Positions 36,051 through 48,540 of a stretch of 64,000 nucleotides of DNA are shown here, one piece after another. Below the pieces are notes generated by a model. The model searched no databases. It was given only the letters and a program-made list of their open reading frames with translations, and was not told where the DNA came from. Position 1 is the first letter of the stretch. The number at the start of each line of letters is the position of its first letter. The DNA comes from Camelus dromedarius (taxonomy: Eukaryota): positions 5,022,001 through 5,086,000 of the forward strand of contig NC_087436.1 in assembly GCF_036321535.1 (NCBI RefSeq). The letters are read 5' to 3'. The position numbers were made by a program, and so were the translations under genes.

Positions 36051-37484
36051 AGGAATAACTTATGCAGGATTCTCCTTCCACTTCCAAAAACAAAAGGAAA
36101 AAATCATAGCAGGAAGGAATTACATCTGTATGAATTCACTAGAAAGAGAAGCGTCAGGGACAGCTCCAAGGTTTATAGTCTGAGAAGATGGAAGAATGAA
36201 TTTGCAAAATTATGGAAGGAGCCAATTTGTCAGAAACTTTTTAAGTGCCAGAAGATTTAAGTTTGCAAAGGCTACTGAACGTCCAGACGAGAATGTCACA
36301 GATGGAGTTGGATGTGAGAAGTTTCTCACTGCCCCCATTTTTCTTTCCAGAATTAGGCTCGTGTGTCCTACTACAGAATTATTAGCAGAACTATCATGCT
36401 GTTAAGGAGGTTAAGGATGAGTCAATAAAAACCTTATTTGGATGGTTATTACAAGACTATTTTACATAAAACTGTGTTTAGAAATGAAATGCCCTTATCT
36501 CTTCTAACCGGGGGAGGCATTTTCTATCAGCAGATGGTTGCTTGAGTTTTTGAGGCAAAAGCTTTTCCAAGAGCCACAATATCTACTGCAAACATCTTTA
36601 TGAACTGGGAAGACAGATTAAGCCCCTTCTGAGATGAGAGAATTTATGCCGTGTTCCTGAGGGCCAGGTGTAAGATTGACACGCCTTGCATGTCAACAAG
36701 GATTACTGTCAGCTAATTTGGTGTTTATCCTAGGGCCTGCTCAGTGAGCAGCCTGCAGAGGGAAACCCTTTAATGCTACACATCCACTCTCAGATGGTGG
36801 AGACTTCCTGGAAATTCAGACAGGGCTGTGCCCCGGGCTCCCACCTAATCCTCTGATTCCATGCTAAGAGAGTATTTGATAGAAACCACTAAAAAGGGCC
36901 ATGACTCCTGTGACCCTGTGACTGTGCATTTCAAACTTCCATTTCTTGGAGTGTCTGTGTATTCACTGGAGAACATTCCTGGATTCTTGGACTTGAGCAG
37001 CCCCTCCCTGTATAGTGTGCTTTGTCCTCCACCTGCAGCCTTGCTGGCACCAGTTACGCCCGAGGCTGCAAGTTCCAGAGAATAATGTTGCTGGAACATT
37101 CTCCCACATTCTGTGTTTACCACGCCTCCTTCCACTGGACACAGTGCAATTATGCTGTTCTCAGGGCATCATTCTTGCTGCTCATGTGAATGACCTGGAT
37201 GGTGGAGCCAGTTTCAATCAAACATGGTTGTCTGCAGAAGACACCTCATCAGACCAGCTTGCTACTTTAAGTACTATAGCAGTCATCCAGGTAAAATCAT
37301 GTCTGAAAGCCAGAAGTCATCAACAGGAATTCAAAAATAGCAAAAAAGGCAATCAATGCAATGCAGTTTCTATCTTTTCTAGTTTTCTTTCACTGGAAAA
37401 CAACTTGGGAGTCTTCACAGATCCCCTGTGACCACTGAGTCACTCCCCTGGAGAGTCACTGATTCTTACATGAGAAGCAGTGCT

Positions 37485-37870
37485 GGTCATGGGTTAATTT
37501 GTTTCCCCAAGAAGCCATGTTGATGTGACTTTATTTGGAATTAGGGTCTTTGTCTATGTAATCAGTTTAAGACAAGGTCATATTGCATTAGAGCAGTGCA
37601 AAAATGTCACGTCTGGAGTCTCGTAAGACGACCACGTGGAGATGGAGGCCAACGTGGGACTGACAGCTACAGCTCAAGAGACTCCAAGCCTTGCAGGCAA
37701 TTCGAGAAGCCAGGAGAACAGCATGGAGCAGGCTCCCTACAGCCTCCGGGAGGAACCAACCTTGCCAACACTTTGACTTCTGGCCTTCAGATCTGTGAGA
37801 ATGAATTCCTGTTGTTTTAAGCCTCCTTGATGATTGTACTCGGTTGTGGTGGCCCTAGAAACTAAACACA
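37485..37870 (+). mobile_element. MLT1B-like solo LTR
   Basis: atgtgactttatttggaattagggtctttg...ggaggaaccaaccttgccaacactttgacttc...ttcctgttgttttaagcc...gccctagaaactaaacaca. Confidence 0.85.
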
Positions 37871-38023
37871 AACAGTAGGAAAATGCTCTGTCTTCTGTTT
37901 TCTCTTCACGTGAACACAAAAGGAGGTTCTAACTTAACTGGTCTCTGCGGTTCCATTGCAGCAATGCATCCCCTCCCTGCAGGGTCGCAGATTTCTGTTT
38001 GGAAAACACTGCCCCAGTCAACC

Positions 38024-38539
38024 TGATGCAGGAGAAAATGGGGCAGGAGAGGATGGCCATGTCCCAGGGGACCGCGAGTCCCTGGGACGTGCCGCGTCAA
38101 GTGAAGGTCCTTGACTACATGCAGGAAAGAATTCAAGAGCGAGCCACATGGAGTAAAAGTAGATTTATTCAGAGAGATGCACACTTCATAGACAGAGTGC
38201 GGGCCATCTCAGAAGGCAAGAGAAAGGCCACAAGGTGTGGGGCTGTTAGTTTTATGGGCTGGGTGACTTCATATGCTGACAAGTGGGAGGGTTATTCCAA
38301 CTACTTTGGGGAAGGGGCTGGGATGCCCAGGAAATGAGCCATCACCCACTTTTTGACCTTTGATGGTCACCCTTAGAGCTGTCCTGGCACCTGTGGGAGG
38401 ACCATTTAGCAGCTCTTGTCTTTCAGTGAGTGGATACTGAAGTTCAAGGTCCACTGGGAGTTGAACCTTCTGCCATATTGCACTAATGGCTGTGTCATTC
38501 TTTTAATGATTGTGCCCTGCCCCCTTCCCTCCTGTCTCA
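38024..38539 (-). mobile_element. ERV1-class solo LTR (516 bp) with 4-bp TSD
   Basis: TG...CA termini; aacc at 38020-38023 and 38540-38543; minus-strand AATAAA (about 38164-38169) and cataaaa (about 38250-38256). Confidence 0.9.
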
Positions 38540-39849
38540 AACCGTTCACACGTTCTCACCTAATGGAAACGAAAGCCCAGCAGCTATTCTGATTGGATGT
38601 TTCTTTGACGGTGCCTGGCTTCTCATGTCTCTGCAATTGAAATGGCCACTCACAAGACTGCATCCTTTCTTCCCCACTCTGCTTCTTTCTTTTGGTTCAA
38701 GAATGAACCCAGATGTCAGCCACTCTACTCAGAAGACACTTTTCAACTTCCTCTCCTCCACAGATACCCAACTCATGCACCCTTTACATCGGGCGTCCCA
38801 AGTCGATGCTGCAATTCTCCATGTCAGACACTGAATGAAGCAGCCCCGAGGAAGCCTGCTGCTCACACAACCCCATCTCCATCTCCCACAAACAGTTCCA
38901 AGTACTCTGCCATTAAGTTCTGGACCACATGGCCATAATGGGCTTTTTTAACCCAGTCATATAATTAGACTAGAAGTGGGTGGAAGACCCAAGGGCAGCA
39001 AAAGCATAGAGTCTGCAAGGATCTTTGACGTTCCCCATGGGCAGAGTTTTTGGTGAGACCATCAGATTCTTGTTGACAATTTGAAACATAAGAAATATGG
39101 AGAGGTGAGGCCAGTAGCAAAGCTTCTTTAGCTCAACTGGCCCATCCTGTCGGAAGAAGGTGAGAAGGACATGGCTGGGCTATGAGAAGGCAAATTTCTG
39201 AAGAAGCAGAAAGGAGAAAAAGCTGATTTGAAGATGAGAGGACAGCAGCTCAGATGCACAGAAAGAAGCAAGAACAGAACACGCGGAGCTGCTGGTGGAG
39301 AGATGGCGACAGAGTCGGGGGGCAAGTCCAAGTTCTGTTCCAGGTGATGTGCCTAACAGTTAAGTGGTAGTTGCTTGAGATGCTGGGGCCAGCTGTCCTC
39401 TGGACACCTTCACGTGCCCATCTCTGATTCCACACACGTCTCACCTGTGGCTCTCATCCCACTGACTTACGTGTCACTGTTTCCCTCAAAAAGGATCTCA
39501 GCTATCCTGCCTTTACCTACCTTCTGGGTAAGCACTCAGTAAACATTTAGGGGCTGTAACCGAGCTAAAGCAAAAACGTCAAGACAAACTTGAACTTTCA
39601 AAGACATCTGCCCGTGTTGACAAACTTTTCAGAATAAGAAAAGTAGGGATTGAATGCTAAGAAACTGTCTCCCCATAAAGCGCTGTGATATGTCCATCTC
39701 ATGCTAGAAAGTAAGGTCCCTCTTTCCCAGTCGACCAGACCCAGTAATTCCCAGTTCCAGTGGGCTCTTTCCCTCCCTCACAAGGGGCCTATTCCCCCCA
39801 TGGCCCAGGCCCTGCCCTGGCTCCGGGCACTATTTTCGCTGAATGACCG

Positions 39850-40537
39850 TTATCTCCCCCTTGCTCATCTTCCTGCCTCAGTTGCATCCTTCCTTCCCCA
39901 CTTTGCACCCTCCTTGTGGCATCCATGACAGCGCCTTTTTTCAGTCTGCTGCCAGAAGGTTCTAAAACACAAGCCTGATCATTTTGCTCCAGCACGAGTC
40001 TCACAAAGCACATCCCTCTTGTCTGCAAGAGGAAATCTCAATCCTCTGATGGGTACGCCAGGCCCCCTGTGGTCGGACTCTTGTCTTGGGCAGTCTGATG
40101 TCTGTATTTGCCCTTCCCCTCTGCCCACCTCTGCTCCAGCTGTACTAGTACCTCTGGTTCGCTCAGCACACCAAGCCCTCTCCCTCTGGGACTCCACGCT
40201 CGCTACGTCCTGGGCTTGGTAATGTCTCTACCACAGACACCAGTGTCCTAAAGCACACACCCGCCACGTGGCCCATTCTCCAAACACTGGCTCAGAAACT
40301 GCTCCCTGAATATTTCAGTGACGCCTCTTTATTCCTAAGTTTAGCTGGGGCTCCGCTCCTCTGTGACCCCATAGACCTCATATTTTCCATTATTCCATTG
40401 GCTGTAATCACTCTCCCACGATGCTGTAAAGTCTTATTGCCTGGACCACAGTTAGGGTCCTACCACGTCATCCGCAACATCTCATGCAAAGTGTGGACTC
40501 AAGGCAGGCACTCATTAAATGTCTTTTCATTGAATGG
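39850..40537 (+). mobile_element. L2 3' region
   Basis: ctgctgccagaaggttctaaaacacaagcctgatcatt...aggcaggcactcattaaatgtcttttcattgaatg. Confidence 0.65.
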
Positions 40538-41249
40538 AGTATCTCACAGGGATTTATTTCTATAGAAAGCAGGAAGGGGGTTGATACATCCTGGTGTAGG
40601 ACAGATGAGAAATAGACAAATCTGAAGAATTTAGAATTGTTTGTTTGTGAAACAGGAAGCAAAGTAGCATTTCTGCGTGTGAGTTTGCTTCCAATAGGAG
40701 AAGCAGCCCAGAGAGGAGGAGGAGGGAGGGCAGCGTAGCTAACCTGCAGGTCTAACCCACCTCCAGGCTTGTCTGCTTTGGTCTATGGTCAGGAAAATGG
40801 ACTGGGTCTCGAGGAGGACCTGCCGTGTTTCAGGGAGTGTCAGTGTGAATCCAAAGAAAGAAGAGGCAGAATGGCTTCTCTGAGAAGAGGAAAGTTCTTT
40901 CTCATGCCGCCTTTGTCCAAATGCTGCAGCCTAGAGATTCCCTGAGGAATAAGCATTGCCCTCGCTGTGTTCTGGAATCAGGTGCCTACGTGTTCACAAG
41001 AGCATTGTATCTGAAGGTTTGACTACCCCACTCTTCCCACAGTCTCCGCCATTGTATTTAAAAACTTATTTAACTTTTACAAAATTGCAATAATAAATAC
41101 CTAATCTTGTAGAGGGAGTAGATACATAAATAATCTCATTGATATAACTAATTAGACTGTGGACAGGAAAGGCAAGTATTCATATCAATTGCCATTTTTT
41201 ACTTTGAGCCCTAGGATACCATGAATGTACTCATACCATGAGAGCGTGG

Positions 41250-41450
41250 GTTTATCGCAGCTCTCATCTGTGCTTTAAATGCATAATCTCATTTCATGAT
41301 CACAGTAACCTAATGAGTCTATACAATTATTTTGCGATTTTGTGGATGAAAAGAAACTCAGATTTAGAAAAGTTAAGTCATACATTGAAGGTCACACAGC
41401 TCGTGCAGGGAAGCGTTTGAACTCAGACCTAGTCTCCTTTTCTCACTGGG
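41250..41450 (-). mobile_element. MIR SINE
   Basis: ctttaaatgcataatctcatttcatgatcacagtaacctaatgag...gaaactcagatttagaaaagttaagtca...aggtcacacagct...tttgaactcagacc. Confidence 0.8.
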
Positions 41451-42547
41451 TGCCATTTTCCCCAACGGCTGAGCACTCCCTGGGAGTCTAATTTTGTTGT
41501 GTTTGTTTTGCTAATCACCTCATTAATGCTCCATCACGCAGTTCAAAATAGCAATAGTCTTTTGTGTTATATTTGTCGACCGAAGTAACTTGCCTTGATT
41601 TCAATTTTGTATTAAAAGATTTCATTCCACTTCTATCCACCCCTCCTTCCCCTTCCTACCCCTCTTGTAAGATTACAAAAAAGGAAATCTATTCATGAGT
41701 TGCTAGGTCTATTCTAAGAATAACTATGTATAAACTCAAGGTCTATTTTTAGAAAGAAATAATAGTATCAATGTTCATACTCCTTTCCTTTCTTCAAAAA
41801 TATTTTGTGTTTGCCCTACAGAGAACCATCTTCTCATCCAAGAGGTGATTCCTGGAGACAAAGATGATTACCGTTGTCAGCTAGTGAGATTGTCCTCCTC
41901 ATCGTCTTCGGAATGTGAGGGAATATGGGTCGCCTGTTTCCCTAGGGAAGAACATTAAATTGCTGACTTACTAGGATTTTCATTTTTAAAGTTAAGGCTG
42001 AATCAAGCTGGTACACATTTCCATGCTGCCTTATTATCTTCTAAACAAGATGAATTGTTCTTAAATGTTCCATTAGGACAACTTAGATGAAACAGTGGGT
42101 ATCTATTTGTGCTCATTTTTACCACCCAAGTTGCAAGCCTGATTAAAGTTAAACTAGAGAATAAAACACCCATTATTATCATATGATGTCACCAGAATAT
42201 GAAACCCATAGAAGTCCAACTGATGTTTGGCTCATCATGAATTTACTTCCATCTTAAGATGATCGGACAATCTTAACTTTGTCATTTTTATAGCTGTGTT
42301 AATTCAATACTAAGAGTAACTGAAGCCCTAGAGTGTGACTAATGGGTTTATAGCAGCAGGAAAATCATTTTATATTGTCACATGCAGTGCAGTTACACAT
42401 CGCTGATTATCCAAGAGTAAACATTCACAGAGTGGCATTTAGACTCAATCAGCCAGCATCAGGTGGGAGACACGTTGAGTCCTAAAAGGAAAATTTTGTT
42501 TGCCTGGAAAAGAGAAGTCAGAATCAAATATGAAAAGGACACTAACC

Positions 42548-43464
42548 GGGCAGAAGACCTAAACAAGCAATTCTCCAAGGAAGACATACAAATGATCAAT
42601 AGGCACATGAAAAAATGCTCAGTATCACTAATTATCAGAGAAATGCAAATCAAAACTATGATGAGTCATCACCTCACACCAGTCAGAATGGCCATCCTTC
42701 AAAAGTCCACAAGTGACAAATGCTGGAGAGGCTGTGGAGAAAAGGGAACCCTCCTACACTGCTGGTGGGAATGCAGTTTGGTGCAGCCACTGTGGAAAAC
42801 AGTAGGGAGATTCCTCAAAAGACTAGGAATAGACTTACCATATAACCCAGGAATCCCACTCCTGGGCATACATCCAGAAGGACCCCTACTTCAAAAGGAT
42901 ACCTGCACCCCAATGTTCATAGCAGCACTATTTACAATAGCCAAGACATGGAAACAGCCTAAATGTCCATCAACAGATGACTGGATAAAGAAGAAGTGGT
43001 ATATTTATACAATGGAATACTATTCAGCCATAAAAACCAACAACATAACGCCATTTGCAGCAACATGGATGCTCCTGGAGAATGTCATTCTAAGTGAAGT
43101 AAGCCAAAAAGAGAAAGAAAAATACCATATGAGATTGCTCATATGAGGAATCTAAAAAAAAAAAAAAACACATAAATACAAAACAGAAACAGACTCATAG
43201 ACATAGAGTACAAACTTGTGGTTGTCAGGGGGATAGGGGGTGGGAAGGGACAGACTGGGAGTTCAAAATGTAGAACAGATAAACAAGATTGTACTGTGTA
43301 GCACAGGGAAATATATACAGGATCTTGTGGTGGCTCACAGCGAAAGAGAATGTGACAATGAATATATGTATGTTCATGTATAACTGAAAGATTGTGCTCT
43401 AAACTGGAATTTGACACAACATTGTAAAATGACTATAACTCAATTAAAAAAATCTTGAAAAAAA
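42548..43464 (+). mobile_element. Young 5'-truncated L1 with uninterrupted ORF2 C-terminal region and 16-bp TSD
   Basis: About 199 open codons including [18 protein letters not shown]; gaaaaggacactaacc at 42532-42547 and 43465-43480. Confidence 0.97.
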
Positions 43465-43504
43465 GAAAAGGACACTAACCTTTTTCACTTACTGTCCTTA
43501 ATTC

Positions 43505-46500
43505 TTATTTTTTTTTATCATGAAAAACATAACAAGAGATCTACTCTCTTTACAAATTTTAAAATGTAGAGTATTGTGAACTACAGGTGCCATGCTGTGT
43601 AGATTTTTCTAGAAATTTTCCATCTCACATGACTGAGAATTTATATCCGTTGAAGAGCAACTCCTTGCCCCTAGCCCCGGCAACCACCACCCTACCATCT
43701 ACTTCTGAGTGTGACTACTTTATATAGGCCATATAAGTGGCATCAGGGGTATTTGTCCTTCTGTGATAGGCTTGTTTTATTTAATGTCCTCAAGGTTCAT
43801 TCATATAAGATTTCCTTCTTTTTCAAGGATGAGTATTATTCCATTGCATGTCTATACCATGTTATCCGTTCATCTGTCATTTAGGTTGTTTCTACCTCAT
43901 GACCAAATGCATACTGTTCCAGTAAACACAGAAGGGAAAATATCTCTTTGAGACCCTGTTTTCTATTCTTTTGGATAAACATGCAGAAGTGGGATTTCTG
44001 GATTATATAGTAGCTGTATTTTTAGTTTTGGAGGAAAATGATATTTTTTTGGATAGCAGTCAACAGGGTACAAGGATTCCAATTTCTCCAACTTCTTGTC
44101 AACACTGGTTATTTTGGATTTTTTGTGTTTTTGTTTTTGTTTTTTATAATGGCCATCCTAACAGGTGTGAGGTGAGGTCTCATTGTGGCTTTGATTTGTA
44201 TTTCCCTGATGTTTAGCAACGTTGAGCATCTTTTCATAAATCTACTGGCTATTTATGTGTCTTCTTTGGAGAAATGTCTATTCAAGACTTTTGTTCATTT
44301 TTTAATTGGGTTATTCGAGATTTTTTTAAATGATTGAGTTATAGGAACTCCTTGCATATTTGGATATTAACCCCTTATCAGATATATGGTTTGTAAATAT
44401 CTTCTCCCATTCCATAGATTGCCTTTTCACTTCATGGATTGTTTTCCTTGCTGTATAGAAGGTTTTTAATTTATGGTCCCACTTGTTATCTTTGATTTAG
44501 TTGCCTGTACTTTTGGTATCAGATCCGAGAAATCATTATCAAGACCAAGGTCATGAAAATTTTCCCCTGTTTTATTCAAGGAAGTTTAGTTTTAAGTCTT
44601 AACATTTAAGTCTTTAATCCATTTTGAATTGATTTCTGTGTATGGTGTAAGATAAGAATCTAATTTCATTCTTTTGCATGTGGATGTCCAGTTTTTCCAA
44701 CACCAATTGTTGAAGAGACTATCCTTTCCATTTTTGGCATTTTGTTGCACATCATTTGATTGTATATGCATGTCCCCCCTCCCCCCAGGCTCTTTAGTCT
44801 GTACCATTGGTCTGTATGTCTGTCTTTAACCCAGGAGCATACTATTTTGATTACTTTAGCTCTGTAATATGTTTTGATGTTGGGAAATGTATGGCTTCCA
44901 GCTTTGTTCATCTTTCAAAAAATTGTTTTAGCTATTTGGGGCCATTTATGCTTTCATATGAATTTGAGAATTGTTTTTTCTATATCTGTAAAAAAATGCC
45001 ACTGGAATTTTAATAAGGATTGCATTGTATCTGTATATTGTTTTGTGTAGCATGGACATTTTTTGTAATATTAAGTTTTCTAATCCATGAACACAAAATG
45101 TCTTTCCATTTAGTTGTGTTTCCTTTCATTGTTCTCAGTAATATTTTGCAGTTTTCATTATACAAGTCTTCCACCTCCTTGGTTAAGTTTACTCCTGTGT
45201 ATTTGTTAAATGCTATTGTAAATGGGATTTTTAAAAACATCCTTTTCAGATTGTTTGTTGTTAATATATAGATATGCAATTGGTTTTTATACATTGGCTC
45301 TTTGTCCAGCAACTTTGTTGAATTCATTTATCAGTTCTAACCAGTTTTTATGGAAGCTTTAGGGTTTTCTACATAAAAGATCATGTCATCTGAAAACAGA
45401 TAATTTTATATCTTCTTCTCTGCTGTAGAAACCATTTACTTCTTTTATTTATTTTTCTTGCCTAATTGCTCCCACTAGGACTTCAATACTCTGCTGAATA
45501 GAAGTGGTAAGAGTGGGTGTCCTTGCCTTGTTCCTGATCTTGAAGGAAAAGCTTTTAAGGTTTTCCCTGTTGAATATGTTGCCAGCTGTGTACTTTTCAC
45601 ATAGGACCTTTATTATGTTGAGGTAATTTCCATCTATTTCTAGTTTGTGTATTTTTTTTTTTTTTACAATACATGGGTGTTACATTTTGTCAAATGGTTT
45701 TTCTATGTTGCTTGAGATGATCATGTGATTTTTATCCTTCTTATCCTGGTAATATGGTATATATCATTGATGATTTTTATATGCTGAACCATTCTTGCCC
45801 TACAGGGTGAAATTACAGCTGATCATTTTTTATAATCCTTTTACTGTGCTCCTGAATTCAGTTTCCTAATATTTTGATGAAGATTTTGCTTCTATATTCA
45901 CAAGGGATATTGGCCTGAGGTTTTCTTTCCCCAAAGTGTCTTTGGGTGGTTTTTGTATAAGGGTAATTTTTTCCTCATAAAATAAACTTCAATAAATTTC
46001 TCTTCAGTCTTTAGAAGAATTTGGAAAGAATTGGTATTAATTTTTCTTTAAGTGTTTGGTAGAATTCTCCAGCAAAAACATCTAGTCATAGTCTTTTATT
46101 TTTGGGGATGTTTTGGTTACTGATTGAATGTCTTTATTAAATACAGCTCTGTTGAAATGTTCTCTTTCTTTATGATTTAGTCTTGGTGAGTATATTCCCA
46201 GAAATTTATCCATTTCTTCCAGGTTATCTATTTTGTTGGTATATAATTATTCAAAGTACTTTCTTATAATATTTATTTCTGTGACATCAGTTGTAATGTC
46301 TCCTCTTTCATTTTTAAATTTCATTTATTCTTTATTATTTTCCTGTTATTCTAGATGAAGTTTTCTCAATTTTATCGATCTTTTCAAGAACTGACTCTAG
46401 TTTTGTTGGTTTTTTTCTGTTTTTTTAAATCCTTTATTTTGTTTATTTTTCTTTAATCTTTATTATTTCCTTTCTTCTGCTAACTTTGGGCTTACTTTGT

Positions 46501-48065
46501 TCTTATTCTAGTTCCTTGGCAAGTAAAGTTAGATTGCTTATTTGAGAACTTTCTTCTTTTCTAATGTGGACACTTCCTTTACTGCTATAAACTTCCCTGT
46601 TAGTACTGTTTGTGCTGCATCCCGTAAGTTTTGGTATTTTGTGTTTTCATTTTCATTTGTACCCAGATATTTTCTAATTTCCCCTTTGACTTTTTCTTTG
46701 ACCCATTGATTGTCCAAGAGTGTAGTGTTCCATTTCCACATAACGGTGGCTCTCTCAGTGCTCCTTCTGCAATTGATTTCTAGTTGCATTCCATTGTGGC
46801 TGGAAGAAATATTTGGCATGACTTTAATCTTCTAAAGTTTGTTAAGACTCATTTTGTAACCTAACAGGACTTACCCTGGGGAGTGTTCCATGTGTACTTG
46901 ATACCAATGTTAACCTGCTGCTGTTGAGTGGAATGTTCTGTGCACGCCTGTTATTGTCGACATTACCTGTTTTTGTATAACTTTTCTGTCTGGATATTCT
47001 ATTCATCGCTGAAAATGAGATATTTACTATTATTATGTGGCTGTCTATTTTTCCTTTCAGTTGGGTCAATGTTTGCTTCATATATTCAGCTGCTCTAATA
47101 TTGGGTGCATTTATATTTATTGTTACTATATCTTCCTAGTGAATTGACACTGTTGTCACTATACAATGTCTTTCTTTGCCTCTTGTCACCATTTTTTTTA
47201 ACTCAACTGTGTTAATCCGATATGAGTGTATCCAGCCCTCCTCTTTTTTGGTTACTATGTTATATCTTTTCCCATCCTTTCACTTTTAGCACATGTGTGC
47301 CCTTACATCTAAAGTGAGTCCCTTGTAGACAGCATATAACTGGATCTTGTTTTTATTATTTTTTGTTTAATTTATTCAGTCACTCTACATTTTTTCACTG
47401 GGGAGCTTAATTCTACACTTAACGTCGATTTTGATGGTGAAGGACTTGCTTCTGCCATTTTGTTGTTTTCTGTCAATCTTACAGCTCCTTAGTCCCTCTT
47501 TTCCTCTCTTGCTACCTTCCTTTGTGTTTTGTTTTTGTTTTTGACAGTGGTATGCTTTGATTGCTTTCCAACTTTCATTTGTATATCTTCTATAAGTATG
47601 TTCTTTATGGTTACCATGGGACTTACAGAAAAAAAAAAAAAGTGTAGTTACACCCATCTATTTTAAACTGATGTAACAACTTAACTTTAATTGCATACTT
47701 AAACTCTACACTCTTACTTCCCCCTTCCACACTATATTATAGGTATCACAAATCACACCTTTTTGTTATATATTTATTAATATATTTCACTGTTATTTCT
47801 CTACTTTTGTCTTTTAACTTTTATACCAGAATTGTGTTTTATGCACCATTGCTGCACTATTGCAGTATTCTGTATTTGTCTGTTTATTTATCCTTACCAT
47901 GAGCTTTGCACCTTTATACACTTTCATATTGCTGTTTATTGTCTTTTCATTTCAACTTGAAGGACTCTCTTTACCATGTCTTGTAAGGCAGGTCTAGAGT
48001 TGATGAACTCTCCCAGTTTTTGTTTATCTGGGAGACTTTTTATCTCTTCTTATATTTGAAGAATG
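43505..48065 (-). mobile_element. Old L1 (L1MA8/9-like), about 4.5 kb, degenerate ORF2 through the end of ORF1
   Basis: 3' UTR aacaagagatctactctctttacaaattttaaaatgt...; minus ORF2 peptides ([49 protein letters not shown]) broken by many stops and frameshifts. Confidence 0.93.
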
Positions 48066-48425
48066 TCTTTAAGTCTTGACCATCTACATAGTTAGAGCTT
48101 TTATAATAATTTAAAGGAACAGATTTATTCTTTGACCATCAACATATTGTTAAAATAACCTTTATTTCTTTTCCATTTTTCTTATTTTTCCTTAGTAATG
48201 GTATACAGTGTTCTATTTCATAATGTATTGGCTATTTCAAATCGATTATATTAGAGTGGCTGTATCCTAATAGTTAAATGAAAGCATCATTTATCTTTAT
48301 ATAATACCGTATCAGATTAAAGAAACAACTTTGCTCTTCCAATTTTATTTCTCTTATCCTGCTCCCATGTCTTCACAGAGGACACAACTATTGCACATTT
48401 CCTGTTGCATGTCTGAGTAGCATTT

Positions 48426-48540
48426 AGGATAGAATATTCAGATAAAAATATAGAACATACTTATACCAAAAATATTTGTTTTTTAATCTGAAATTCAAAA
48501 TTAACCTGGTATCCTTTATTTTTATTTCTAAATACTGCAG
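48426..48540. mobile_element. MER53-like hAT MITE remnant
   Basis: acatacttataccaaaaatatttgttttttaatctgaaattcaaaattaacctggtatcctttattttt matches one arm of the MER53 palindrome. Confidence 0.7.

Noticed and set aside
37999..38337. 112-aa ORF
   Set aside because: It is almost entirely antisense to the ERV1 solo LTR.
43505..48065. Retrotransposition-competent L1
   Set aside because: It lacks the 5' UTR and most of ORF1, and ORF2 has many stops and frameshifts.
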